Shown here piece after piece: positions 17,708 through 28,503 of a DNA stretch of 64,000 bases. The DNA is taken from assembly GCA_963665295.1 (NCBI GenBank), contig OY762209.1:672001-736000 (forward strand), written 5' to 3'. Position 1 is the first letter of the stretch. Every line of letters begins with the position of its first letter. A program made the position numbers and the translations under genes. The notes under the pieces are model-generated. The model did not search any database, was not told the DNA's origin, and saw only the letters and a program-made list of their open reading frames with translations. The DNA comes from Syntrophorhabdaceae bacterium. GTDB lineage: Bacteria; Desulfobacterota; Syntrophorhabdia; Syntrophorhabdales; Syntrophorhabdaceae.

Positions 17708-18832
17708 ATGCGTATAGGATTGGCTATTCAAAATTTTGACCCTAAAAAGGGCGGCGCGGAAAGGTATACTTTCGACTTGTCTACCCACCTTGCGCGGCGG
17801 GGGCACGACGTGTTCGTTTTTTGCGCGAACGGGGTTTCCGTGCCGGGCGTTACCCTCGTGAAGTGCGCCGTCCAATCCTTTCCGCGGTGGATGCGGTCCC
17901 TTTCCTTTGCCCTTAACCACAGGAAACAATTGAAATTACACCCTATGGACGTGGTCCTCGGGTTCGGGAATACCCTTGAGGCGGACGTGTACCAGAGCCA
18001 TGGAGGGGTGCAGCATGTCTGGATGGAGCGGGAGATCGCGAGTTATCAGGACCCCCGGGAAAGGCGGTTGAAGGCGCTCCTCCTCAAGCACAGCATCAAC
18101 CAGCGGGTGCAGGAATGGCTCCAGGAATACGCCATCAGGAAGGGGAAGTGCAAGAGGATCGTGGCCATTTCCGACATGATCAAGGGACACATGGCCGCAC
18201 ACTACGGGCTCGGCGACGAGGCCTTCAGCGTGGTCTATAACGGCGTCGATACGGAGCGGTTCAAGCCGGGCAAGGCCGCGGCGGACAGCGCGGGAGGTAT
18301 AAAGAAGATACTCTTTTCCGCAGGCAACTTCAGGCTCAAAGGTCTTTACCCCCTCCTTCTCGCACTGGGGGAACTCTCGAAGGAGCGGAAGGACTTTCAC
18401 CTTACGGTCCTCGGCAGGGGCCGGAAGGACAGGTACGCCGGTCTCATAGAGAGGCTTCATATCGCGAACTTCGTCACTTTTCAAGGGGAGACGGCCCATC
18501 CCGAAGAGGTCTACGCCTCTTCCCACATACTGGCCCATCCCACGTTTTACGACGCGTGCTCCCTCACCACCATGGAGGGCATGGCAGCGGGACTGCCCAC
18601 CATTACCACGCGGTGGAACGGCGCGTCGGCCCTCGTAACTCCGGGCAAGGACGGTTATGTCCTCGACGAACCGGGTGACACGGCGGCCCTCGCCTCGGCG
18701 CTCCGGGACCTCCTGGACGATACGCGGAGAAAGGAAATGGGAAGAAACGCGCGCCTCAAGCTCGAAGCCTACACCATTGAAAGGAACGCGGCAGAGATGG
18801 AGAAAATACTGGTCGAGGTAGGAAATGGATAA
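17708..18832 (+). CDS. Glycosyltransferase family 4 (WaaG/RfaG-like)
   Basis: GGAERY...YNGVD...FRLKG...PTFYDACSL...EGMAAGLP. Confidence 0.9.
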   Translation: MRIGLAIQNFDPKKGGAERYTFDLSTHLARRGHDVFVFCANGVSVPGVTLVKCAVQSFPRWMRSLSFALNHRKQLKLHPMDVVLGFGNTLEADVYQSHGGVQHVWMEREIASYQDPRERRLKALLLKHSINQRVQEWLQEYAIRKGKCKRIVAISDMIKGHMAAHYGLGDEAFSVVYNGVDTERFKPGKAAADSAGGIKKILFSAGNFRLKGLYPLLLALGELSKERKDFHLTVLGRGRKDRYAGLIERLHIANFVTFQGETAHPEEVYASSHILAHPTFYDACSLTTMEGMAAGLPTITTRWNGASALVTPGKDGYVLDEPGDTAALASALRDLLDDTRRKEMGRNARLKLEAYTIERNAAEMEKILVEVGNG

Positions 18833-19457
18833 CATATCGGGCGAGTGGTCGAAGCTCTTCGCATACAGGGACAAGATACACAAGAGGTACAGGGACATAT
18901 GGGACGTCCCCCTGGTCAAGAAGAGGTCCCACCTCCTCCGGCGCTACCTCAAGAACGGCATGACCGTCCTCGACGTAGGCGCGGGCGCGAAGGGGATGAA
19001 ATCGGAAATCGCGGGCCTCGGGATCAGCGTGACCTACAAGAGCATGGACATCGACAGGGGCAACGAGCACGATTATTACGATACGGCCGACATCAAGGAG
19101 AAGTTCGACGCAGTGATCATGTTCGAAGTGATCGAGCACATGGGCCTCGAAGAGGGGCTGGAACTCTTGAAGAACCTCCACAAGGTGGTGAAGGACAAGG
19201 GCATCCTCATCTGTTCCACACCCAATATCTTCAACCCCTCGCGGTACATGAGGGACTCCACCCACAGGACATTTTACGGGTACGACGAGCTTTGCGGCCT
19301 TTTCAATCTCGCGGGCTTCGGGATAAAGGACGTGTTCCGATCCTTTAACGACGCCTTTCACCGCTATATCCTGAAGGTCTATATCCTGGGCTTCCTCTTC
19401 CGTATCCTCACCCTCGATTACGCCCTGTCCGTCTTCGTGGTGGGAGAAAAGGAATGA
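18825..19457 (+). CDS. Class I SAM-dependent methyltransferase
   Basis: VLDVGAG...FDAVIMFEVIEH...STPN. Confidence 0.9.
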   Translation: MDNISGEWSKLFAYRDKIHKRYRDIWDVPLVKKRSHLLRRYLKNGMTVLDVGAGAKGMKSEIAGLGISVTYKSMDIDRGNEHDYYDTADIKEKFDAVIMFEVIEHMGLEEGLELLKNLHKVVKDKGILICSTPNIFNPSRYMRDSTHRTFYGYDELCGLFNLAGFGIKDVFRSFNDAFHRYILKVYILGFLFRILTLDYALSVFVVGEKE

Positions 19458-19512
19458 TAACCCACACCAGCCGGCCCCCGGCCGGACCCCTTCCCGCGGG
19501 TGCGGAACCGGC

Positions 19513-20496
19513 GTGAAAGTCGTCTTCTTTATCCAGGGCGTAACGGTGGCGGCGAGCAGGCTGAGGGTACTCCAGTACCTCCCCTGGTTCGACAAAGCGG
19601 GCATCTCCCATGAGGTCCATGAATTCCCCAGGGGGTTCAAGGAGTGGGTGTACATGCTCCGGACCATCGGGAAGACCGACGTGGTCTTCGTTCAAAGGAA
19701 ACGCCTCCCCCTCTACGTGCTCGTTCTACTCAGGCGCATGGGAAACAAGATCGTCTATGATTTCGATGATGCGGTCATGTTCAAAAACTCCCTTTCCCCC
19801 GACCCTTACTCCAAAAGAAGGATGATGAGCTTCAAGAGGATGCTCAGGTTCACCCATCTCGTGATCGCCGGCAACGGGTTTTTAAAGGAAGAGGCGGAGA
19901 AGTACCACGGCCGTGTCCGGGTGCTGCCCACGCCCGTGGACGGGGAACGGTACAAGGAAAAGACCTATACGGAAAGGGACACCGTCAATATCGGGTGGAT
20001 CGGGGACCATGGGAGCATCCATTACATGGAGAGCTACAAAGACGTGTGGGAGGAGTTGGGCGCGCGGTTCGGGAAACGGGTCGCCCTCACCATCATCTGC
20101 GACACCTTCATCGACACGGCCCGCATAGAGACGAGGAAAGTGCAATGGACCTATGACAGGGAGATCGACGACCTTTCAGGCCTCGACATCGGGGTCATGC
20201 CCCTCTTTGACGACCTCTGGTCCCGGGGTAAGTGCGGCTTCAAGATCATCCAGTATCTCGGCGTGGGGGTGCCCGTGGTCTGCACGCCCGTGGGCATCAA
20301 CAAAGACGTGGTGGAAGACGGGGTCTCGGGCTTCTTTGCCTCCGCAAAGGAGGAGTGGGTCGAAAAGCTCTCTACCCTCATCGGGGACGGGGCAATGCGG
20401 ACCCGCATGGGCAAGGCAGGGAGGCGGCGGATCATGGAGGGCTACACCGCCCAGGTCTGCGCGCCGAAGCTCGTCCAATGGGTGAGGGACCTGTGA
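19513..20496 (+). CDS. Glycosyltransferase family 4
   Basis: YDFDDA...IGWIG...DIGVMPL...GKCGFKIIQY. Confidence 0.9.
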   Translation: MKVVFFIQGVTVAASRLRVLQYLPWFDKAGISHEVHEFPRGFKEWVYMLRTIGKTDVVFVQRKRLPLYVLVLLRRMGNKIVYDFDDAVMFKNSLSPDPYSKRRMMSFKRMLRFTHLVIAGNGFLKEEAEKYHGRVRVLPTPVDGERYKEKTYTERDTVNIGWIGDHGSIHYMESYKDVWEELGARFGKRVALTIICDTFIDTARIETRKVQWTYDREIDDLSGLDIGVMPLFDDLWSRGKCGFKIIQYLGVGVPVVCTPVGINKDVVEDGVSGFFASAKEEWVEKLSTLIGDGAMRTRMGKAGRRRIMEGYTAQVCAPKLVQWVRDL

Positions 20497-21446
20497 AAAG
20501 GGCCGTCTTTCTTACCCACCGCAACCCCCAGGGTTACAGGATACAGCAATATTTCCCGTTTCTCGAAACAAGGGGTTTTAACGTCGAGCTTTGCACCACG
20601 GAAATGTCCTTCCTCCATCTCCTGGAGCGGATACGCGGCGTCGATGTCCTCTATATCCAGCGGCTCCTCATAAACCCCCTGAAGCTGCCCCTCGTGCGGA
20701 AGTTTGCGAAGCGCATCGTCTTCGACTTCGACGACGCGGTCATGTACGGGGCAAAGGGCGAGAGCGAGACAAGGCGAAGGAAGTTCAGGAAGATGGTCCT
20801 CGCCTCCGACGCAGTCTTCGCAGGGAACAGGTTCCTCGCCGCAGAGGCGGGGCGCTACCGCCGGCAGGGCGTTTATTATGTCCCTACCGTGGTGGACACG
20901 GGCGAATACCCCGTAAAGGCCTATGAAGGCTCCTCAACGCGGCCCGTTGTCGGATGGATGGGAAGCAGCTCCACCCTCCATTACATTCTCGAAATGTCCG
21001 GCCTCATCGAATCACTCCTTAAGACGGGGTGCTCCTTCGAGGTAGTGGCGGACCGGCCGCCCGAGCCGGGAATTACGGGCATGACATTCAGGAAGTGGGA
21101 AAAGGAGAAGGAGAAGGCCTTCCTTCTCGGCTTTGACATAGGCGTAATGCCCCTCACCGACGACGTCTGGTCCAGGGGCAAGTGCGGCCTCAAGCTCATC
21201 CAGTACATGGCGGCGGGCCTCCCCTCAGTGACTGACCCTGTAGGGGCGGCGATGGAGATCATCACGGACGGCGTAAACGGCTTCCTCCGGGCCGGAAGCG
21301 ACGAATGGAAGGCGGCGATCGAGGAGCTTGCAGGGAATAGCGGCTTAAGGAAAAAGATGGGCCGCCTCGCGAGAGAGACGGTGGAGGAACGCTACTCCCT
21401 CCACGTCTGGGGACCGAAGGTGGCGGAGATTATGGATTCTCTATGA
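20493..21446 (+). CDS. Glycosyltransferase family 4 (paralogue of upstream gene)
   Basis: GTG overlapping the upstream stop; FDFDDA...GWMG...GKCGLKLIQY. Confidence 0.88.
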   Translation: MKRAVFLTHRNPQGYRIQQYFPFLETRGFNVELCTTEMSFLHLLERIRGVDVLYIQRLLINPLKLPLVRKFAKRIVFDFDDAVMYGAKGESETRRRKFRKMVLASDAVFAGNRFLAAEAGRYRRQGVYYVPTVVDTGEYPVKAYEGSSTRPVVGWMGSSSTLHYILEMSGLIESLLKTGCSFEVVADRPPEPGITGMTFRKWEKEKEKAFLLGFDIGVMPLTDDVWSRGKCGLKLIQYMAAGLPSVTDPVGAAMEIITDGVNGFLRAGSDEWKAAIEELAGNSGLRKKMGRLARETVEERYSLHVWGPKVAEIMDSL

Positions 21447-22843
21447 AGGTTCACGAGATAAACGGCATCACATGGCACCTTTCCGATGACGGTCTCCTTC
21501 CCGTGGTCCGGGAAATATCCGGCAGGGAAGAGACGAGGCGCGGCTACACCACCCAGCCCTACGGGAGCGGACAGGTCTTCATAAAATACTTCAGGGAAAA
21601 GGGCATCCCCGGTTTCGTGAGAAACAGGGTCCAGCCCCGGGGCAAGAAGGAATACGACACGGGCCTCACTCTCCTCTCCTTCCCCATTCCCACGCCGAAG
21701 CCTCTGGCCTACGGCATCTCCCCCACGGGCTCCTATGTGATACAGGAGTGGCTCGACGGCATACCCTTCTCCCAAATGTTCAAAGAGGGGGACAAGGCCG
21801 ACCTTCTCATGGGTCTCGCCCGCCTACTCAGGTCCCTGAAGGACCACCACGTGAGGCACAACGACCTTCACCTCGACAATATCCTTGTTTTCCATGGCGA
21901 CCCCTTCCTCATCGACCTTCACAAGATGAAGATAAAGAAGATCTTCGCTGCACGGGACGAGGCCTCCAACCTCTCCCATGCCCTCGTGTCTCTCTACAAC
22001 GACCTGGACGAGGACGAAAAGGTGGCCTTTTTCCTGGAATACGGCTCCATGAGCATCCGCAACAAGGTGGAGACCGAGATCGGCAGGCTCATCTCGAGGT
22101 GGTTCACGAAAAAGAAGAAGAGGGCCTTCGAGGGGACCTCGAAGATCACCGTCACGGGCGACCGCCTCTATGTGACCGGTATGGAAGGCCGCGCCCTCGG
22201 GGACTTCGTGGAGACCATAAAGAATGACAAAAAGGTGCGCGTCGAACGGTACACGGACCACATAAGGAAGATATACCGGGACAAGAGGCGGCTCAAGAAG
22301 GCATGGAAGGCCCACGTCATATTCCTCTATATGAACCTTCCCACCGTGCCCGAGCCCTATTACTGCTCCCTGCCCTCTTCCGGAAAGCCGGGCTATATCG
22401 CCATGGAAGACCTGAAAGGCAAGGGAGAAGAACTGGACAGGTACCTCGACCGGCATTACGACACCATGACCTACGGCGAGAGGAAGCGCTTCATCGACGG
22501 CCTCGCCCGGTTCTTCGACCCCCTGTTCAAGTGGGGCATCGTCCATAACGATATGAAGGGGTGCAACCTTTTCGTGGTAGGAGGCAGGAAGTTCATCCTC
22601 CTCGACGTGGAGGACTTCGCCTTCAGCTCCCTCCATACGGAAAGTCTCAAAACCATATTCCTCCAGCTCAACACGACCCTCCCGAAGAGGATCGTCATGA
22701 GAGACCGGATACGGTTCTTTATCAGGCTCACTGCATTCCTGAGCCTCGACAGAAAGGCCCTCTTCCGGGTGCTCCTCTGGAAATCAGCGGGAAAGGAGAT
22801 CGTCTACGAGGGGAAATCGGGACTCATGAGGGAATCATGGTAA
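21443..22843 (+). CDS. LPS kinase (Kdo/WaaP/InaA family) with two kinase-like domains
   Basis: HNDLHLDN...ID and HNDMKGCN...LD catalytic loops; located in an LPS cluster. Confidence 0.8.
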   Translation: MKVHEINGITWHLSDDGLLPVVREISGREETRRGYTTQPYGSGQVFIKYFREKGIPGFVRNRVQPRGKKEYDTGLTLLSFPIPTPKPLAYGISPTGSYVIQEWLDGIPFSQMFKEGDKADLLMGLARLLRSLKDHHVRHNDLHLDNILVFHGDPFLIDLHKMKIKKIFAARDEASNLSHALVSLYNDLDEDEKVAFFLEYGSMSIRNKVETEIGRLISRWFTKKKKRAFEGTSKITVTGDRLYVTGMEGRALGDFVETIKNDKKVRVERYTDHIRKIYRDKRRLKKAWKAHVIFLYMNLPTVPEPYYCSLPSSGKPGYIAMEDLKGKGEELDRYLDRHYDTMTYGERKRFIDGLARFFDPLFKWGIVHNDMKGCNLFVVGGRKFILLDVEDFAFSSLHTESLKTIFLQLNTTLPKRIVMRDRIRFFIRLTAFLSLDRKALFRVLLWKSAGKEIVYEGKSGLMRESW

Positions 22844-23836
22844 GGGCGTCGAATATGTTCCCTTCCACCGTACGGGACCCGGAGACGATAACAAAGGAAC
22901 CCTGCTCCTGATCGTCCTCAACCCAGCCGACGTCCACGCCTTCCTCCTTGAACCGGTCCGTGTTTGAACGCTTGTAGCCGACAAGGTGGGGCACATCCCG
23001 TGTGTTGATCCGCACCGTTACCTTTCCCGCTAGGGCCGATTCCCGGACCTTTGCGAGGATTGCGAGACGGAAGGCCCAGGTCTTCACCACGTACCCGAAG
23101 GACGGGTGGTAATGGCCCGCCACAACCCTTTCCTTTATGACCTCGTTCTCCGTGAGGCCCATCTTGACCACCGGTATGCCCGCCCTTATGGCGTGAAGGT
23201 AGAGGTAAAGGACCCTCGTCACGGCCTCTTCGAAGGCGACCGGGGTGTACGTCCCTTCCCTGTACATGGCCTCCAGGCGTGTGCCCTTAAGGACCACTAG
23301 GGGATAGACCCTTATGTAACAGGGCGCGAGACCGGCTACGTTCCGGGCCGTCTCCACTATGTCCGCCATGGTCTCCCCGGGAAGGCCCGCCATGACCTGA
23401 AGGGCCACGGAAAACCCCGCCTCCCTGAGCCGGAGGAAACTCCTTCCACGTCTTCCGCCGTGTGCCGCCTGTTGACGGTCCGGAGTATATCGTTGTTGAA
23501 AGAAGGCGCTCCAAGCTCGATCACCTTGACGCCGTTTTCGCTGATGATCCTTATGGTCTCTTCATCCAGAGGCACGGGCTTCGTCGATATCCTGAAACCG
23601 GAGATCCTGTCCCTGTAGGGGTCAAAGCACGCAAAAAGCCGGGTGAGGCCGGCCGGGTCGAGGCCGAAGATGTTCCCCCCGTAAAGGCCCACTTCCACCG
23701 GGCCCCGGACAGGGGCAAGGTATTTTTCTATGGTAGCGGTGAGGGCGCTGTCGCCGATGTGGGTGATATAGACCTGATCGCAATAGATGCACCTGCCCTC
23801 GCACCCGAGGTGGGGCAGGAATATGGGGACGATCAC
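22824..23836 (-). pseudogene. Radical SAM protein (elongator/HemN-like, rnc-linked), one frameshift near 23443
   Basis: VPIFLPHLGCEGRCIYCDQ (CxxxCxxC)...RRHTAEDVE, then the frame switches to SFLRLREAGFSVALQVMAGLPG...IRVYP. Confidence 0.8.
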
Positions 23837-24504
23837 TGCTCTTTCCTGATCTCGTCGAGGAGAAGCTTTGCGGCGTGCTGTTCCGCTTCTTTCTTGCTCT
23901 TGCCCATGCCCTTTGCCTTGAGGGCGGTGCCCACGAATACGACCACCGTGAAACCGTCCTTCGTCTTCCGGGCAAACTTGTATCTCGGGAGCATGCCCCA
24001 TCTCTTCTGGGAATACTCCTGAAGGGTGTTCTTGGGGTTCTTCTCGTTCAGCTTCTCTTCATCGAAGTAAGAGGAAAAGAGGGTCTTGATGATCCCCGTG
24101 ACCTTCCTCATGCCGCCATCCAGGTAGATTGCGCCGATGAGGGCCTCGAACATGTTCGACAGCACCTTCGATTCCTCAGGTACGCCGCCGTCTCCGTTGC
24201 CGTAGCACATGTGCCGGCTGAGATAGATGCTCTTCGCCACTTCGGTGAGGGTCTCTTTCTTGACAAGGCACGACCGCGCATTGCTCAGGAATCCCTCGTG
24301 TTTGTCCTTGTACTTCTTGTAAAGGAGAATGCTGATGACCGTGTTCAGTATGGCGTCGCCCAGGTATTCGAGCTTCTCGTTGTTCGATCTTCTCGATTCC
24401 TTCTTTTCGTTAAAACACGACGTATGGGTGATAGCCTGGTTGAGAAGCTCCCGGTCCTTGAAAGTATATGCGATAATCTCTTCTAACGGGGTCGGATATT
24501 CCAC
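23833..24504 (-). CDS. rnc: Ribonuclease III
   Basis: NEKLEYLGDAIL...FEALIGAIYLD; dsRBD NPKNTLQE...GKSKKEAEQ. Confidence 0.96.
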   Translation of the reverse strand: MEYPTPLEEIIAYTFKDRELLNQAITHTSCFNEKKESRRSNNEKLEYLGDAILNTVISILLYKKYKDKHEGFLSNARSCLVKKETLTEVAKSIYLSRHMCYGNGDGGVPEESKVLSNMFEALIGAIYLDGGMRKVTGIIKTLFSSYFDEEKLNEKNPKNTLQEYSQKRWGMLPRYKFARKTKDGFTVVVFVGTALKAKGMGKSKKEAEQHAAKLLLDEIRKEQ

Positions 24505-24525
24505 TGTTACCGCGTCGTAGGGTTC

Positions 24526-24558
24526 AAAAAGAGGCAGGGCCGGTTAAGGCCCCGCCTC
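24526..24558 (-). terminator. Rho-independent terminator
   Basis: GAGGCGGGGCC-loop-GGCCCTGCCTC followed by TTTTT. Confidence 0.7.
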
Positions 24559-24567
24559 GCTGATTCA

Positions 24568-26148
24568 CTAAATCTTGAACGCTTCCTCCATGCCTGAATA
24601 CTGTTTTCTCAGTTTCGGTTTTTCAATCTTGCCGGTCGGGTTCCTGGGCACTTCGCCGAAGAACACCTTGCGCGGTCTCTTGTATTTCGGAAGAGGCTCA
24701 CAGAATTTCATAACCTCTTCGACGGTCAGGGTCTTGCCCGGCACCACTTCGATAATCACTGCCACGATCTCGCCCAGACGCTCGTCGGGAAGCCCGATGG
24801 CCGCCGCGTCCTTCACGTTCGGGTTGGTGTGGAAGAAATCCTCGACCTCGACGGGGAAGACGTTCTCGCCGCCCGTGATGATGATGTCTTTCTTGCGGTC
24901 CACAAGCCAGATAAAACCGTCTTCATCCTGTCTCGCCATGTCGCCGGTGAAAAGCCATCCGTCGATCAGGGATTTTGCCGTTGCTTCCGGGTTCCTGTAG
25001 TATTCCCTCATTACGCCGTTGCCGCGGACACAGAGCTCGCCCGGGTCTCCCTGGGGCACCACTTTGCCGTTCTCATCGACGATCCTCGTCTCCCAGTTGA
25101 ATCCCGGTATGCCGATGGCGCCGATCTTGTGCTCGTTGCCCATGCCCAGGTGTACGCAGCCGGGTCCCGTGGACTCGCTGAGGCCGAAGTTCGTGTCGTA
25201 ATCCATGGTGGGGAAGTATGACTTCCAGTGTTTGATAAGCGCCGGCGGGACGGGCTGGGCGCCTATGTGCATGAGTCTCCACTGGCTCAATTTGTAGTCT
25301 GAAGGTTTCAATGCTCCGCTGTCGAACTTAAGCAGGATATCCTGCGCCCACGGAACGAGGAGCCACACGATGGTGCCGCCCTCTTCGCTTACCGCTTCCA
25401 GCGTATACTCAGGAGAGACGCCTTTCAGTATGACTGCCTTGCCGCCTACGACAAAGCTGCCGAACCAGTGCATCTTCGCGCCCGTGTGGTACAGGGGCGG
25501 GATAAGGATGAATACGTCGTCCTTTGTCTGTTTGTGGTGGGCATTCTCGGTAACGCACGCTGAAGCCATGTTGTTGTGGGTAAGGAGGATAGGCTTCGGC
25601 TGTCCGGTCGTGCCTGAGGTGAAGTAGAGGCCGCAGGGATCCGAAAAGCTGATCTCCAGGTCGAGGGCCGATGCATCGACGCCTGCCATGAGGGTCTCAT
25701 AGGACTCGGCGAAAGCCGGAGTGTTCTTGCCTACGCAGATGTAGCCTTTGACGGTGGGAAGCTGGTCCTTTATCGCGTCGATCCTTCCCGTGAACTCCTC
25801 GTCGAAAACCAGGTATGCGGGCTCGGCCACGTCGGCACAGTACTTCACGTCTTCCGCGGTAAACCGGAAATTGAGGGGCACTACCCACGCGCCGGTCCTC
25901 ACGATTCCGAAATACGCCACGAGCCAGTCGATGGAGTTCTGCATGAAGTGCATGACCTTGTCGCCCTTCTTGATGCCCTTCTTCGTAAGCAGGTTGGCGA
26001 ATTTGTTTGCCTTGTCGTCAAATTCCTTCCACGTGATTTCAATTCTCTTCTTCTCTGCCGGTATACGCTCCACAAGCGCTATGTCCTGTGGATACATCCG
26101 TGCATTCCGCGCCAAAATCTCTCCAATGTGTACGTGTAAATCTCCCAT
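24568..26148 (-). CDS. Acyl/aryl-CoA ligase (adenylate-forming enzyme)
   Basis: YFTSGTTGQPK, FGLSE, TGD, DRKKD, GKIEK. Confidence 0.93.
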   Translation of the reverse strand: MGDLHVHIGEILARNARMYPQDIALVERIPAEKKRIEITWKEFDDKANKFANLLTKKGIKKGDKVMHFMQNSIDWLVAYFGIVRTGAWVVPLNFRFTAEDVKYCADVAEPAYLVFDEEFTGRIDAIKDQLPTVKGYICVGKNTPAFAESYETLMAGVDASALDLEISFSDPCGLYFTSGTTGQPKPILLTHNNMASACVTENAHHKQTKDDVFILIPPLYHTGAKMHWFGSFVVGGKAVILKGVSPEYTLEAVSEEGGTIVWLLVPWAQDILLKFDSGALKPSDYKLSQWRLMHIGAQPVPPALIKHWKSYFPTMDYDTNFGLSESTGPGCVHLGMGNEHKIGAIGIPGFNWETRIVDENGKVVPQGDPGELCVRGNGVMREYYRNPEATAKSLIDGWLFTGDMARQDEDGFIWLVDRKKDIIITGGENVFPVEVEDFFHTNPNVKDAAAIGLPDERLGEIVAVIIEVVPGKTLTVEEVMKFCEPLPKYKRPRKVFFGEVPRNPTGKIEKPKLRKQYSGMEEAFKI

Positions 26149-26178
26149 TCCTGTAACCCCCTGTTCGTTTTTTTGTTG

Positions 26179-26219
26179 TTGACAAAACCCTGGGCTAAAT
26201 TTATCATGCAATGTATACA
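26179..26219 (+). promoter_or_regulatory. Sigma70 promoter plus TGTATACA palindrome (GntR-type operator candidate)
   Basis: TTGACA-N17-TATCAT; TGTATACA at 26212-26219. Confidence 0.55.
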
Positions 26220-26251
26220 CGAAGCAACACAAAAAAACTGGGGAGGGTTAT

Positions 26252-27847
26252 ATGAACTTTGCAATGTTTTCAGGACTTAACGCAAGTAAGTTTCCAAAAC
26301 GAGAGTTCATCATCGAGAGCTACCCGTCGAAAGGTTTGAGGAGGAGCCTTACGTGGGAACAGTTTGATGACCAGGCAAACAAATTCGCCAACTACCTGAC
26401 GAAAGAATGTGGAGTCGGGAAGGGCGACGTAGTCCTTCATCTTATGATGAACTCCATGGAGTGGTATGCCAGCTATATCGCCGTGCTGAAAACGGGCGCC
26501 ACGGTGACACCGCTGAATTTCCGCTTCGCAAGTGCCGATATCAAGTATGCGGCGGACGTGACAAAGTGCAAGGCTTTTCTCTTCGGCGAACAGTTCCTCG
26601 CAAGGGTAGAGCCCATAATGAAGGATATGGATTACTGCAAGAACTTCATCTGCCTCGGTGCGAACGTGCCCGCAAATATCAAGTCCTATGCCGACATAAT
26701 GGCAAAGGGCGATCCGGCCCCGTGCCTCGCGGACACCAAGGATGACGACATGGCGGAGCTCATGTTCACCTCGGGCACCACGGGAGCACCCAAACCGGTG
26801 TCTCACACGCACCAGACGCTCTTCTACATAGGCATAGGCAACGCCCTTACCTACAACGAGGGGTACAGCAGCGTATACCTCTCACCTCATCCGTTCTACC
26901 ACAGCGGCACTCTCTTCCTTTCCTTCCCCTCCTACATCGCCGCAGGGAAAGTCCTCATGGCCATGGAAACACAGCCGGAATTCTACCTCCGCTCCATGGC
27001 GGACGAGAAATGCACCGGAGGATGGAACACGGTGCCCACATGGTCCGACGTAATCAACGCCATCAAGACGGGAGCGGTCGATCTTTCGAAATATGACCTT
27101 TCCGCCCTCCGTCATATCGAGATCGGCGCCCAGCCGGTCCCGTACATACTCCTGGAAGACTCGAAGAAGATATTCCCGAAGATTCCCATCGCCAACATCT
27201 ACGGTATTACGGAAGGCGGAGGCGGAGGCCTTACGAACTGCTATGACGAGGACATTATGAGGAAACCGGGCTCCATCGGAAAAGCCACGGCCTTCATGGA
27301 GGCAAAGGTTGTCGATGGAAACGACAACAGACTGACCGGCGGCAAGGTGGGCGAGCTTCTTCTCAAGGGTCCGCGCCTCATGAAGGAATACGCCTTCAAC
27401 CCGGAGATGACGGCCAAGACCATAAAGGATGGCTGGCTCTACACGGGCGACCTCGCCTATGAAGACGAAGAAGGGTTCATCTTCTTCGCGGACAGGTCCA
27501 AAGACCTTATCATCAGGGGCGGCGAAAACATCTTTCCCGCCGAGATCGAGGACGCCCTGAGAAAGTTCCCGAAGGTTGCCGACGTGGCCGTTTTCGGATA
27601 CCCCCATCCGCGCCTCGTGGAGATCGTTATGGCCGTGATTCAGCCGAAAGAAGGCCAGACCATCACCGACGAAGAGATCATCGAGTTCTGCAAGAGCAAG
27701 GGCCTCGCAAAATACAAATGGCCCGAGAAGATGGTATATGAAACCATCCCTCGTAACCCCGCGGGCAAGATCGAGAAACCGAAGCTGAGAGAAATCTATG
27801 TGAAACCCGCAAAAGAAGCGATGGAAAAAGAGTTCAAGAAACAATAA
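26252..27847 (+). CDS. Acyl/aryl-CoA ligase (paralogue)
   Basis: MFTSGTTGAPK, YGITE, TGD, DRSKD, GKIEK. Confidence 0.93.
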   Translation: MNFAMFSGLNASKFPKREFIIESYPSKGLRRSLTWEQFDDQANKFANYLTKECGVGKGDVVLHLMMNSMEWYASYIAVLKTGATVTPLNFRFASADIKYAADVTKCKAFLFGEQFLARVEPIMKDMDYCKNFICLGANVPANIKSYADIMAKGDPAPCLADTKDDDMAELMFTSGTTGAPKPVSHTHQTLFYIGIGNALTYNEGYSSVYLSPHPFYHSGTLFLSFPSYIAAGKVLMAMETQPEFYLRSMADEKCTGGWNTVPTWSDVINAIKTGAVDLSKYDLSALRHIEIGAQPVPYILLEDSKKIFPKIPIANIYGITEGGGGGLTNCYDEDIMRKPGSIGKATAFMEAKVVDGNDNRLTGGKVGELLLKGPRLMKEYAFNPEMTAKTIKDGWLYTGDLAYEDEEGFIFFADRSKDLIIRGGENIFPAEIEDALRKFPKVADVAVFGYPHPRLVEIVMAVIQPKEGQTITDEEIIEFCKSKGLAKYKWPEKMVYETIPRNPAGKIEKPKLREIYVKPAKEAMEKEFKKQ

Positions 27848-27867
27848 GCGAACCGGTCCCGCACAAG

Positions 27868-27915
27868 ACGGGGGAGGGCCTGCGCAAGCAAGCGGGCCCT
27901 CCCCCGTAAATTTTT
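27868..27915 (+). terminator. Rho-independent terminator
   Basis: ACGGGGGAGGGCC...GGCCCTCCCCCGT followed by a T-run. Confidence 0.7.
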
Positions 27916-28503
27916 GAGTCGTACCCCGGCCCATGCGCGAATATGCCTGATTCAATGCGTCAATGAATGAAGGCGTGATGCCTTCGTCCCGGCGTCGCGG
28001 CAAGGATATCCGCCTATTCCGGTCCCTTTCAATTATCCTTTCGGCACGCACCTTCCGCCGGTTTCATTGCTTCCGTCCATCGCGAACAGTGTTCTCACGA
28101 CCTTGCTTGAGCAGGTTCTTCTAGACAAGGCCCATGTGCGTGTGTATCTTATATTTATCTGTCGCAACCGGATTCAATGGTTAACTGCCACACAGGCTGT
28201 ATGATTAGGGGGATTCCGTGAGAAGAGGGAAGAATACGGCAGACGTTTTGGGAGTAATAGCCCTTTTCTCGTCTTTTGTTTCTGTGCCGCCAATCCAGGG
28301 TTTACCGACAACCGGCAGGGCATGTTCTATGGCGCCGACGCGATACGCAATGGGGATTACAGGACTGCTCTCGCTCAATTTGGAAAAGCAAGCCGGGGGG
28401 CCGGGAAGATCCATGCCGGCCCGACCTTTTGAGGGCCACGAAACGATGTGATTTTTGCAAGGCCTACTGCCTCGGCCTCATTTAATACAAAAGGAGGAGA
28501 AGA

